Of a stretch of 32,787 nucleotides of DNA, positions 1-7,887 are shown piece after piece. The notes under the pieces were generated by a model. That model was not told where the DNA came from, did not search any database, and saw only the letters and a list, made by a program, of their open reading frames with translations. Position numbers and translations under genes: made by a program. Origin of the DNA: an uncultured bacterium (GTDB taxonomy: Bacteria; Aquificota; Aquificia; Desulfurobacteriales; Desulfurobacteriaceae); the NCBI GenBank assembly GCA_964640245.1, contig CAZXGR010000017.1:1-32787 (forward strand), read 5' to 3'. Every line of letters starts with the position of its first letter. Within the stretch, counting starts at the first letter, position 1.

Positions 1-309
1 TTCACAACAGGGTTTGACGATCTAAAGATGCTTGCCATTTCAAGGCTTATGCTTGACAACTTTCCACATGTAAAGGCATTTTGGATAATGTTGGGTGAGA
101 AGCTTGCCCAGGTATCACTTAACTTCGGTATTGATGATCTTGATGGAACGGTAATGGAGGAAACGATAACGCACTCGGCAGGTGCAAGAACGGAAAACTA
201 CATACCAAAATCAAGGTTAATAAAGCTTATCAAAGAATCAAACAGGATCCCCGTAGAGAGGGATAGTCTATATAACATCTTGAGGGTTTACGATGGAAAA
301 GATGACTGA
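1..309 (+). CDS. 5'-truncated CDS: C-terminal ~100 aa of a radical-SAM MqnC/MqnE-family (futalosine-pathway menaquinone) enzyme. It is a paralog of the next gene
   Basis: Translation [20 protein letters not shown]...DGTVMEE...[14 protein letters not shown] is about 65% identical to the C-terminus of ORF 293..1408. The reading frame is open from the window edge. Confidence 0.6.
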   Translation, partial: FTTGFDDLKMLAISRLMLDNFPHVKAFWIMLGEKLAQVSLNFGIDDLDGTVMEETITHSAGARTENYIPKSRLIKLIKESNRIPVERDSLYNILRVYDGKDD

Positions 310-1408
310 AATCATGATAAAGGATAAAGAACTATACGGAATAGCGGAAAAGGTCTTAAACAACGAAAGACTATCGTTTTCGGATGGGATGAGGCTCTTC
401 AATTCATATGATTTAAATACAATCGGCAGTCTTGCATCCATTGTAAACGAGAAAAAGAACGGAAAGAACGTTTACTTCAATGTTAACGTCCACATCACAC
501 CCACCAACATATGCATCGGAACGTGCAGGTTTTGTGCATTTAGAAGAAGAAAGGGTGAGGATGGTGCCTATGAGCTTTCGATAGATGAAATGATGGAGAA
601 ATTGAAAAGCTATAAGAAAAAGAATCCAAATATAAGCGAGGTTCACATAGTAGGTGGGCTTCATCCAGATTGGACATACCAACACTACATTGATATCGTA
701 AAAGCCATGAAATCCGTTGATCCCACAATTCATGTCAAGGCTTTTACTGTAGCCGAGATTGATTATATGGCAAAACTTGGAAATACAACAATCGAAAGAG
801 CCATTTCGGATTTAATGGATGCCGGTCTTGGTTCAATCCCCGGTGGCGGAGGAGAGATATTCAACCCAAGTGTAAGAAACAAAATATGTCCAGATAAAAT
901 AAGTGGAGACAGATACCTTTACATTCATAAAACCGCTCATAGGATGGGATTGAAGAGTAATGCAACAATGTTGTTTGGCCATATTGAGAACTACGAGGAT
1001 AGAATCGACCATCTCTTAAGGTTGAGGGAAGCGCAGGATGAAACAGGGGGATTTCAAAGCTTCATTCCGCTTGCATTTCACCCAATTGGGACTCAAATCC
1101 CGAATGCGAACTACACAACAGGGTTTGATGAACTTAAAACGCTTGCCATATCGAGGCTTATGCTCGACAACTTCCAACACATAAAGGCATATTGGATAAT
1201 GCTTGGTGAGAAGATATCTCAAGTATCCCTCTCCTTTGGCGTTGATGATTTAGACGGAACGGTAATGGAAGAGGATATTACACAGGCAGCTGGTGCAAGG
1301 GCAGGTGAGTATATGCCTAAATCAAGACTGATAAGGTTGATAAGGGAAGCTGGTAAGGTTCCTGTTGAAAGGGATACGCTCTACAACGTTTTGAAGGTTT
1401 ATGAGTAA
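293..1408 (+). CDS. Radical SAM enzyme of the MqnE/MqnC family: aminodeoxyfutalosine synthase or cyclic dehypoxanthine-futalosine synthase, for menaquinone biosynthesis via futalosine
   Basis: 371 aa. Has the CxxxCxxC motif ([10 protein letters not shown]) about 75 aa from the N-terminus, a length and C-terminal region typical of MqnC/MqnE/CofH-like enzymes, and overlaps the upstream paralog by 17 nt. Confidence 0.7.
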   Translation: MEKMTEIMIKDKELYGIAEKVLNNERLSFSDGMRLFNSYDLNTIGSLASIVNEKKNGKNVYFNVNVHITPTNICIGTCRFCAFRRRKGEDGAYELSIDEMMEKLKSYKKKNPNISEVHIVGGLHPDWTYQHYIDIVKAMKSVDPTIHVKAFTVAEIDYMAKLGNTTIERAISDLMDAGLGSIPGGGGEIFNPSVRNKICPDKISGDRYLYIHKTAHRMGLKSNATMLFGHIENYEDRIDHLLRLREAQDETGGFQSFIPLAFHPIGTQIPNANYTTGFDELKTLAISRLMLDNFQHIKAYWIMLGEKISQVSLSFGVDDLDGTVMEEDITQAAGARAGEYMPKSRLIRLIREAGKVPVERDTLYNVLKVYE

Positions 1409-2111
1409 AGAAATTTTAGAAATACTTAGGGATTTTACAGCTGCGGATATTAGAAATTTAGAAACCAGTGATAGACAATATAAAGCCATAGGAAGACTTC
1501 TAAACTCAGGTATAAATATAACAAGGTTTTTTAAACTTATTCTGATAAATGCCCTAATGTCGTATCAACTCCAAATGAAAGGTGAGGATTATTGGGAACG
1601 GTTCTCGGATATCTTTTCCGAAAATCCGAATGAGAATTTCGAGGATTTTCTTAAAAAGTACAATAAAAGATTGTTGAATGTTAAGTTGAAAAGGTTAATC
1701 AAGGTTAAATCTTGCGTAAACAGGTTATTCAAGGATCATACCATCGAGGATATTGGGAAAAATCTAAGCTTAATCGTTGACGAACTTTCTGCATGCCTAA
1801 AACAACGAAAGGAGAGCAAAACCATAGTTTTCTCGGCAAAAATGTTTATGTACGCCTACAGGTTTTACCTTAAAAAGGAACCGAAAGGAATAAGTAACAT
1901 TGATATTCCAATAGATTCAAGGCTTTCAAAAATAAGCAGTTCACATAAGTTTTGGAGGGATCTCTCCGATAGATCCAACATACCTCAGATTCACCTCGAC
2001 GCAATCTTCTATCTTTGCTTGGGTGGGGATAGATTCGCAGAACCGTTAAATACTAAATTGTCCAAGCTTAGAAAGGCGATTGCACTTGAAATTTTGCGTA
2101 AAAATCCATAA
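1401..2111 (+). CDS. Putative N-glycosylase/DNA lyase (AGOG-like 8-oxoguanine DNA glycosylase, HhH superfamily). Assignment is tentative
   Basis: 236 aa. Candidate catalytic Lys in FSAKMFMYAY (K147) and Asp in IDIPIDSRL (D172), spaced as in HhH glycosylase/lyases, with the size of the AGOG family. No zinc or FeS motif. Starts 8 nt inside the mqn gene stop. Confidence 0.4.
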   Translation: MSKEILEILRDFTAADIRNLETSDRQYKAIGRLLNSGINITRFFKLILINALMSYQLQMKGEDYWERFSDIFSENPNENFEDFLKKYNKRLLNVKLKRLIKVKSCVNRLFKDHTIEDIGKNLSLIVDELSACLKQRKESKTIVFSAKMFMYAYRFYLKKEPKGISNIDIPIDSRLSKISSSHKFWRDLSDRSNIPQIHLDAIFYLCLGGDRFAEPLNTKLSKLRKAIALEILRKNP

Positions 2112-2142
2112 TTTGGTAATGCTAACTTATAAGGAGGTTAAC

Positions 2143-2436
2143 ATGAAGGTAAGTATTGATGAATCTAAGTGCGTTGGATGCGGTATATGCGAAAGGGTAT
2201 GCCCGCAAGGTATAAAAATTGAAAACGGAAAGGCAAAGGTGATAGATGAAAATGCACCATGCCTCATTGAAGCTGCAGATGCATGCCCAAGGGGTGCAAT
2301 AACCATAGAAGGCCATGAAACCCCATCATCGCCCACACCCACTTTTGGTCGTGGAATGGGCTTAGGAAGAGGCTTCGGTCGTGGTCTCGGTAGAGGTATG
2401 GGTAGAGGTCCCGGTAGAGGTAGAGGAAGGTTTTAA
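2143..2436 (+). CDS. Small single-cluster [4Fe-4S] ferredoxin (Thermotoga/Pyrococcus type) with a C-terminal Arg-Gly repeat tail
   Basis: RBS AAGGAGGT at 2131-2138, ATG at 2143. Motif CVGCGICERVCP plus distal C..ACP, as in 60-aa monocluster ferredoxins. Followed by the linker ETPSSPTPTF and GRGMGLGRGFGRGLGRGMGRGPGRGRGRF, encoded by imperfect tandem GGTAGAGGT-type repeats at 2340-2430. Confidence 0.7.
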   Translation: MKVSIDESKCVGCGICERVCPQGIKIENGKAKVIDENAPCLIEAADACPRGAITIEGHETPSSPTPTFGRGMGLGRGFGRGLGRGMGRGPGRGRGRF

Positions 2437-3098
2437 TTCCTCTGCCCAAAGATGGCCGTTCCAATGCGCACTATGTTTGCGCCTTCCTGTATCGCAATCC
2501 TATAGGAGTTTGTCATTCCCATGGATAGGTACTTCATCTCTACGTTTCCAATGTTGAGCGATGCAATCTGATCAAAGAGTTTTTTAGTTTCCTTAAAGTA
2601 AGGCCTTGAGGCCTCTGGATCGCCGAAACGGGGACCCATTGTCATAAGGCCCATAACTTTGACATTACCAAGGTTTGATATTTTTTTTACCAGTTTCTCT
2701 GCATCTTCAGGTAAGACACCGGATTTCTGCGGTTCCCTTCCACTATTTACCTCTATAAGGATAGGCATAACCTTAGGTATATGTGAGCACCTTTCACTTA
2801 TCTCATCCGCAATTTCAAGGGAATCAACAGTTTCAATCATATCAAAGGCTTTTAAGTATTTTACCTTTAAAAGGTCATGTTTCTGCGTAGAAACCGTTCC
2901 AATGAAGTGCCATTCTACCTTAAGCTTTACGTTCGGATAAACGGTTTTCATATCCTTCATGTAGTTTTCACCGACTATTTTTACACCAGCCTCGATGGCC
3001 TGCATGATTTCATCGGCTGTCCTCGTCTTTACTGCAGCTTCAAGCTGAACCCCCTTTGGAAGTTCGTTTAAGATTCTTTTAACGTTTTCCTTGATCAT
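2433..3098 (-). CDS. yggS: YggS-family pyridoxal-phosphate homeostasis protein (PLP-binding, alanine-racemase-fold)
   Basis: 221 aa with family-typical length and motifs (VKTRTADEI, KIVGENY, WHFIGTVSTQK, LSMGMTNSY). Its stop overlaps the ferredoxin stop in the palindrome TTAA. Confidence 0.85.
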   Translation of the reverse strand: MIKENVKRILNELPKGVQLEAAVKTRTADEIMQAIEAGVKIVGENYMKDMKTVYPNVKLKVEWHFIGTVSTQKHDLLKVKYLKAFDMIETVDSLEIADEISERCSHIPKVMPILIEVNSGREPQKSGVLPEDAEKLVKKISNLGNVKVMGLMTMGPRFGDPEASRPYFKETKKLFDQIASLNIGNVEMKYLSMGMTNSYRIAIQEGANIVRIGTAIFGQRN

Positions 3099-3124
3099 CT
3101 TTTCCTCCTTTTAAAATTATACCA

Positions 3125-3154
3125 TTGACAATTTGGTTAACCATTATGTAAAAT
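3125..3154 (+). promoter_or_regulatory. Sigma70-type promoter for bioY: TTGACA-N18-TAAAAT
   Basis: TTGACA at 3125-3130 and TAAAAT at 3149-3154. GGAGG RBS at 3172-3176 before the bioY ATG at 3181. Confidence 0.4.
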
Positions 3155-3166
3155 CATGTTAACCAA
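3133..3166. promoter_or_regulatory. Putative BirA operator (bioO): perfect 9-bp inverted repeat TTGGTTAAC-N16-GTTAACCAA overlapping the bioY promoter
   Basis: Inverted repeat at 3133-3141 / 3158-3166 lies between and over the -35/-10 elements. Half-sites resemble the TGTTAACC-type BirA boxes. A birA gene with an N-terminal HTH is encoded 2 kb downstream. Confidence 0.5.
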
Positions 3167-3180
3167 TTTACGGAGGCAAA

Positions 3181-3762
3181 ATGAAGGCTATCTCTGCATT
3201 GGACTTAAGTACAAAATTTAATACCAAGGGTATTTTAGTAAAATTTCTACTATGCTTATCTATGGCCATTTTAACGGGTATCTCTGCCCAACTTAGCTTT
3301 AAATTCCCGTTTACCCCAATACCAATAACAGGGCAAACCGCTGTTGTTCTCCTTTCCGGTTCACTTTTAGGAGGTTTTTGGGGAAGCCTCAGTCAGTTCA
3401 TCTACATAATTCTTGGAATGATTGGTGTACCATGGTTTGCCTCATATTCATCGGGTTTCTCTGCGGTCCTTTCACCATCGGGAGGCTATCTAATTGGTTT
3501 CGTTATAGCAGCTTACGCCGTGGGCCAACTAAGCACAAGATGTAAAACCCTTACCTCTGCATTTATCGTAATGTTGATAGGTGATCTCTTGATATATGTT
3601 ACAGGTTTAAGCCAATTCTATCTGTGGTCACTTTTCATAGGTAAACCATTATCCATATCAAGCCTTCTCTATATGGGATTTTTGCCATTCATTCCGGGTG
3701 ATTCAGTAAAGCTTCTTATAGCTTCCAAGATCACTGTATTCCTTAAGGGCTTTTCGAAGTGA
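3181..3762 (+). CDS. bioY: Biotin transporter BioY (ECF-type S component)
   Basis: 193 aa, about 5-6 TM segments, with the conserved PITGQT.AVLL..SLLG motif of BioY. Confidence 0.85.
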   Translation: MKAISALDLSTKFNTKGILVKFLLCLSMAILTGISAQLSFKFPFTPIPITGQTAVVLLSGSLLGGFWGSLSQFIYIILGMIGVPWFASYSSGFSAVLSPSGGYLIGFVIAAYAVGQLSTRCKTLTSAFIVMLIGDLLIYVTGLSQFYLWSLFIGKPLSISSLLYMGFLPFIPGDSVKLLIASKITVFLKGFSK

Positions 3763-4196
3763 TCATTCTTAGACCGCATCACCTTTTGTGTATACAGGGT
3801 TTTCAAGGCCATGGTTATTCAAGTACATTTGTTGAAAACCTAAGAAGTTTAATTGGAAGATTAAAGCTAAATCCGTATCTAAAGTTAAAACTCATTATAG
3901 GCTGTGACGATATCTGCCATTTTTGCCCACATTGCAAAAACGCTGTCTGCCAAAAGGATGAAAGGGTTAAAGTGATGGATCGCAAGGTTTTATCAAAGAT
4001 GGGTTTAAGCGAGAAAAGAATCATAATGGCCAATAGAACTTTCGATGAAGTAAGAAAGTTTAGACCATCAGATGTACTTCACATATGTTCTAACTGCCAG
4101 TGGAAAAATGTTTGCACATTTTGGAGGAAAAATGCTGAAGTTTATAGAGGAAACCGCGAAGAAGGTTCTATCCGGCCAAGGAATTTCCTGCGATGA
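3759..4196 (+). CDS. DUF1284-like cysteine-rich protein of unknown function, encoded inside the biotin operon
   Basis: 145 aa. GTG start overlaps the bioY stop (GTGA). N-terminal RPHHLLCIQGFQGHGYS motif typical of DUF1284. Cys clusters CDDICHFCPHCKNAVC and CSNCQWKNVC. The 3' end overlaps the bioB start by 65 nt in another frame. Confidence 0.5.
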   Translation: MIILRPHHLLCIQGFQGHGYSSTFVENLRSLIGRLKLNPYLKLKLIIGCDDICHFCPHCKNAVCQKDERVKVMDRKVLSKMGLSEKRIIMANRTFDEVRKFRPSDVLHICSNCQWKNVCTFWRKNAEVYRGNREEGSIRPRNFLR

Positions 4197-5100
4197 GGCT
4201 GTAAAGCTTGCAAACATGGATGACAGATACCTATATCATCTTATAGCATGGGCAAATGATATAAGGGAAAGATACAGAGGGAAAACCATATCCCTCTGCG
4301 GAATAATCAATGCAAAATCCGGCAAATGCCATGAAGACTGTGCCTTCTGCGCGCAATCCATATATCATAAAACCAAAATTAAGGTATATCCATTGATGAC
4401 CGTAGATGAAATCATAGCCCAAGCTAAGGAACTAAGCAAAATTGGTGCAAAGAGAATAAGTATAGTAACGAGTGGAAGAAGATTAGATAAATACGAGCTT
4501 AAAACTGTATATAAAGCTGTGAAAGGCATGAAAGAATTGGGAATCAAACCATGTGCATCACTTGGGCTTTTAAACGAGGATGAATTAAAATTGCTTAAAT
4601 CATCCGGCCTTGTAAGGTTTCACCACAACCTTCAGTCATCACCTGACTTCTATCCAAGAATATGTACAACACATGACTTTGAATCAAAAATCAAAACCAT
4701 TAAAGCAGCAAAATCGGTCGGCCTTGAGGTTTGTTGCGGAGGAATAGTTGGAATGGGTGAAACTATGGAACAGAGGATTGAACTTTTATTTCTATTGCAA
4801 AAGCTCAATGTAGATGCCGTTCCAATAAACTTTCTTCATCCAATACCAGGAACAAGATTGGAAAACGCAAGGTTTTTAAATCCGATTCTATGCTTGAAGA
4901 TAATAGCCGTTTCAAGGTTTGTTTTACCCAATATGGAAATAATCATTGCCGGCGGAAGAGAACTGAACCTTAAAGAACTTCAAAACTTCATGTTTGCTGC
5001 AGGTGCATCCGGAACGATAATTGGCAATTACCTTACAACCAAGGGGAGAAATGCTGAGGATGACAAGGAGCTTATAGCTGATATGAACCTTAATTGCTAA
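4132..5100 (+). CDS. bioB: Biotin synthase BioB (radical SAM)
   Basis: Start chosen at ATG 4132 (GGAGG at 4123-4127). The N-terminus MLKFIEETAKKVLSG matches the BioB consensus. Has CHEDCAFCAQS (CxxxCxxC), a VCCGGIVGMGE cluster-ligand region and a conserved AGGRE arginine. Confidence 0.9.
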   Translation: MLKFIEETAKKVLSGQGISCDEAVKLANMDDRYLYHLIAWANDIRERYRGKTISLCGIINAKSGKCHEDCAFCAQSIYHKTKIKVYPLMTVDEIIAQAKELSKIGAKRISIVTSGRRLDKYELKTVYKAVKGMKELGIKPCASLGLLNEDELKLLKSSGLVRFHHNLQSSPDFYPRICTTHDFESKIKTIKAAKSVGLEVCCGGIVGMGETMEQRIELLFLLQKLNVDAVPINFLHPIPGTRLENARFLNPILCLKIIAVSRFVLPNMEIIIAGGRELNLKELQNFMFAAGASGTIIGNYLTTKGRNAEDDKELIADMNLNC

Positions 5101-5143
5101 TATTAGGTTAATAGCACGCAAAATTAAGTTAACGGAGCTAACC

Positions 5144-6055
5144 ATGAAGGGAAAGATTTTAGGAATACTAAAGGAAAAACCTGGTATTTCAGGTGAGCTT
5201 CTAAGCAAAAAACTCGGTATTTCAAGGGTTGCAGTATGGAAACACATCCAATCCTTGAGGGCAAAGGGATATGTGATTAAATCGAGCCACAGTGGTTATG
5301 AGCTTCTATCGTCACCTGACATCCTGATACCAGAGGAATTAACGGATATCGGAATGAAGATAATTCACTACGATACCATCAACTCAACGATGGATATAGC
5401 TAAATCCATTGCACAGAAAGGAAAAACCGGCATAGTTATCGCTGAAACTCAAACAAAAGGTAGAGGTAGGCTCAAAAGAGAATGGTGCTCCCAAAATGGT
5501 GGGATTTACTTCACAGCAATCTTAAAGCCGAATATAAGCCCCATGAAGATACAACTTTTGAACTTAGCTGCCGGTGTTGCAGTGGCAAAGGCTATAAGAA
5601 AGACCTTTGGTTTAAACGCAAATCTCAAATGGCCTAATGATGTTTTAATAAATGGGAAGAAAGTTTGTGGAATACTTTCCGAAATAGATGCAGAATCCGA
5701 TATTGTAAATTTTATGAACTTGGGTGTCGGAATAAATGTCAACAACGATATCCCAATAGAAAACGGTGCTGTTTCCATAAAGAAGCTTTTAGGAAAAAGT
5801 GTTTCAAGAAAGGGAATTTTTAAGAGGGTTACGGAAAATATTAGGGAATCCGAGCTGTCGATGAACATTGAAAATATGCTTTCGCAGTGGAGAGACCTAT
5901 CATCAACGCTTGACAGCTACGTAAGGGTTGTTACACATAGAAAAATCATCGAAGGCAAGGCCATCGATATAGATAGCAATGGGGCTTTGCTTGTAAGGAC
6001 GGGGAATGGTATCGAAAGGGTTATTGCTGGAGACTGTATTCATGTAAGGAGGTAG
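5144..6055 (+). CDS. birA: Bifunctional biotin--[acetyl-CoA-carboxylase] ligase / biotin operon repressor BirA (class II, with N-terminal HTH)
   Basis: 303 aa. N-terminal wHTH (LSKKLGISRVAVWKHIQSLRAKGY), the GRGRLKREW biotin-binding motif, and a C-terminal SH3-like domain. Confidence 0.9.
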   Translation: MKGKILGILKEKPGISGELLSKKLGISRVAVWKHIQSLRAKGYVIKSSHSGYELLSSPDILIPEELTDIGMKIIHYDTINSTMDIAKSIAQKGKTGIVIAETQTKGRGRLKREWCSQNGGIYFTAILKPNISPMKIQLLNLAAGVAVAKAIRKTFGLNANLKWPNDVLINGKKVCGILSEIDAESDIVNFMNLGVGINVNNDIPIENGAVSIKKLLGKSVSRKGIFKRVTENIRESELSMNIENMLSQWRDLSSTLDSYVRVVTHRKIIEGKAIDIDSNGALLVRTGNGIERVIAGDCIHVRR

Positions 6056-6056
6056 G

Positions 6057-7826
6057 ATGAAAAGATTACTAGTTTTACCATTATTTCTCTTAAGTTCAAA
6101 CATGAGCATGGCAAAAGGACTTCCAACGATTACGGTTGTGTCTCAAAGATTTCCAACAAAAGTCGAAATGGTAGGTAGAAACGTTGAGGTGATAACTCAG
6201 GATGAGATTAAAAAGTTACCTGTAAGGTCAGTAAATGAGCTTTTAAGCTATCTATCAGATGTAGATGTACGCACGAGGGGAATAGCTGGAACGCAAACGG
6301 ATTTTTCCATAGGAGGTTCAAACTTTAATGATGTTCTCATACTTGTCGATGGTGTACCTATAAATGACATTCAATCGGGGCATCACAACGGGGATATTCC
6401 TATTGATATAGACAACATCAAACGTATCGAAGTAGTGAACAGTGGTGCGAGTGCCATATACGGTTCCCCGGGCATTGCTGGCATGGTAAATATCATTACT
6501 AAAAAACACCAAAAAACAGGTATGAAGCTTACCTACGAAATGGGAAACAACAACTATAACCTTCAAGGTATTTCATATACATCACCTATTCTAAAGCAAA
6601 CACAGCTCAGCATTGAGGTAAAAAAGGACTGGAACAGTGGTTATAGAAGGGATACCGACTTTAATCATAAAACCTTCAACGTGCTGCTGAACAACCCAAA
6701 ATTTCGGGTAACCTTAGGCAGCCTTGATAAGAGGTTCGGAGCTGGAGACTTCTATACTACATTTTTTCCCAATCAATGGGAACATACAAGTTCTCACCTT
6801 GCAATTTTGAAGGTTAATAACTATTTGAGAAGCAATTTAACGTTTAACCCTATGATTTCCTACAGGTGGCATAGGGACCACTTTATCTTAGATAAGTACA
6901 ATCCAAATTTTTACTCCAATCTTCACTACGATGATTCCTACATGCTTAAGGTACCACTCGAATACATAGGTAAGGGACTAAACGTAGCAACCGGCGTTGA
7001 AGTTTCACGCGGAGCAATAAAGAGTAATAGGTTGGGTAACCACTATAGATACCATCAGGCATCCTTCTTAAGCTTAAATCCCCATTCAAAAAAATTGAAC
7101 GTAAACTTAGATGCAAGGATAGACCATTACAATGAAAAGTTTGGAACCCAAGCTTCGTTTGGAATAGCCACCGCCTATGGTCTATCAAAAACTTTAGTGC
7201 TAAAGGCTAATGCAGGCAGATCATTCCGTATTCCTACCTTTACAGAACTTTACTACTATTCACCGGCAAATAGAGGAAGCAAAAACCTTAAGGCTGAACA
7301 CATGTGGCACTTTGGAATTGGATGGGAAAAGAGCTTATCGGTGTTTAGACTTTCAAACAGTATCTTCTATAGGAAGGACGATAACGCCATTGACTGGTTA
7401 AACTATGGAAAATATTATCAGGCAAGCAATCTAATAAAACTAAATACTACTGGAACTACTCTAAACTTATCGGCCAAGATACATAGCATCCTTATGTTGT
7501 TTGGATATACCTATTTGAACAGCATCAATCATTCTGATAAAGGAACAAAGTACTCATCAAATTACCTAAGACATAAACTAAACTTTTCGCTCATATCAAA
7601 CATAAAAGGTTTCAAAACAAGCCTATCAACATCGTATCAAAAGAGGATAAATCAAAAACCGTACCTTTTATTAAACGGAAAGGTCAGTAAGAACCTAACC
7701 ATAGAAAAACGTAGATTGAAGTTTTTCCTAAGTTGTCAAAACCTATTAAGTACCAATTATGAAAGCATTTCAGGAATTCCAATGCCGGGAAGGCAATTCT
7801 GGGCCGGATTAACACTCTTGATTTAA
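6057..7826 (+). CDS. TonB-dependent outer-membrane receptor, BtuB-like small 22-strand type
   Basis: 589 aa. Signal peptide MKRLLVLPLFLLSSNMSMA. TonB box TITVVS. Plug domain motifs (VEVITQDEI, VRTRGIAGTQ, ILVDGVPIND, IEVVNSGASAIYGSPGIAGMVNIITKK). Extended beta-rich C-terminal region. Starts 1 nt after the birA stop. Confidence 0.8.
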   Translation: MKRLLVLPLFLLSSNMSMAKGLPTITVVSQRFPTKVEMVGRNVEVITQDEIKKLPVRSVNELLSYLSDVDVRTRGIAGTQTDFSIGGSNFNDVLILVDGVPINDIQSGHHNGDIPIDIDNIKRIEVVNSGASAIYGSPGIAGMVNIITKKHQKTGMKLTYEMGNNNYNLQGISYTSPILKQTQLSIEVKKDWNSGYRRDTDFNHKTFNVLLNNPKFRVTLGSLDKRFGAGDFYTTFFPNQWEHTSSHLAILKVNNYLRSNLTFNPMISYRWHRDHFILDKYNPNFYSNLHYDDSYMLKVPLEYIGKGLNVATGVEVSRGAIKSNRLGNHYRYHQASFLSLNPHSKKLNVNLDARIDHYNEKFGTQASFGIATAYGLSKTLVLKANAGRSFRIPTFTELYYYSPANRGSKNLKAEHMWHFGIGWEKSLSVFRLSNSIFYRKDDNAIDWLNYGKYYQASNLIKLNTTGTTLNLSAKIHSILMLFGYTYLNSINHSDKGTKYSSNYLRHKLNFSLISNIKGFKTSLSTSYQKRINQKPYLLLNGKVSKNLTIEKRRLKFFLSCQNLLSTNYESISGIPMPGRQFWAGLTLLI

Positions 7827-7830
7827 GAAC

Positions 7831-7855
7831 CCTAAAACCATAGGTAGTTTTTAGG
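7831..7855 (+). terminator. Weak AT-rich hairpin (CCTAAAAC-loop-GTTTTAGG) followed by T-rich DNA. Possible terminator after the TonB receptor gene
   Basis: Inverted repeat at 7831-7838 / 7847-7855, then TTATAATT. The TATAAT at 7857-7862 may serve as the -10 for the next gene. Confidence 0.25.
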
Positions 7856-7887
7856 TTATAATTAAGGCAAATCAAAATGGAGAAATC

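Noticed and set aside
4132-5100. Possibility that BioB is the recently described auxiliary-4Fe-5S ('type II') form, because of extra cysteines (VCCGG, RICTTHD, C-terminal NLNC)
   Set aside because: The arginine equivalent to the E. coli [2Fe-2S] ligand (AGGRE) is retained and the overall layout looks canonical. I cannot align precisely enough by eye to claim a type II enzyme.
5101-5143. GGTTAAT / GTTAAC-containing stretch upstream of birA as a second BirA box
   Set aside because: It contains only direct repeats (TTAGGTTAA / TTAAGTTAA) plus the birA RBS. It has no convincing inverted repeat with the 3133-3166 half-sites.
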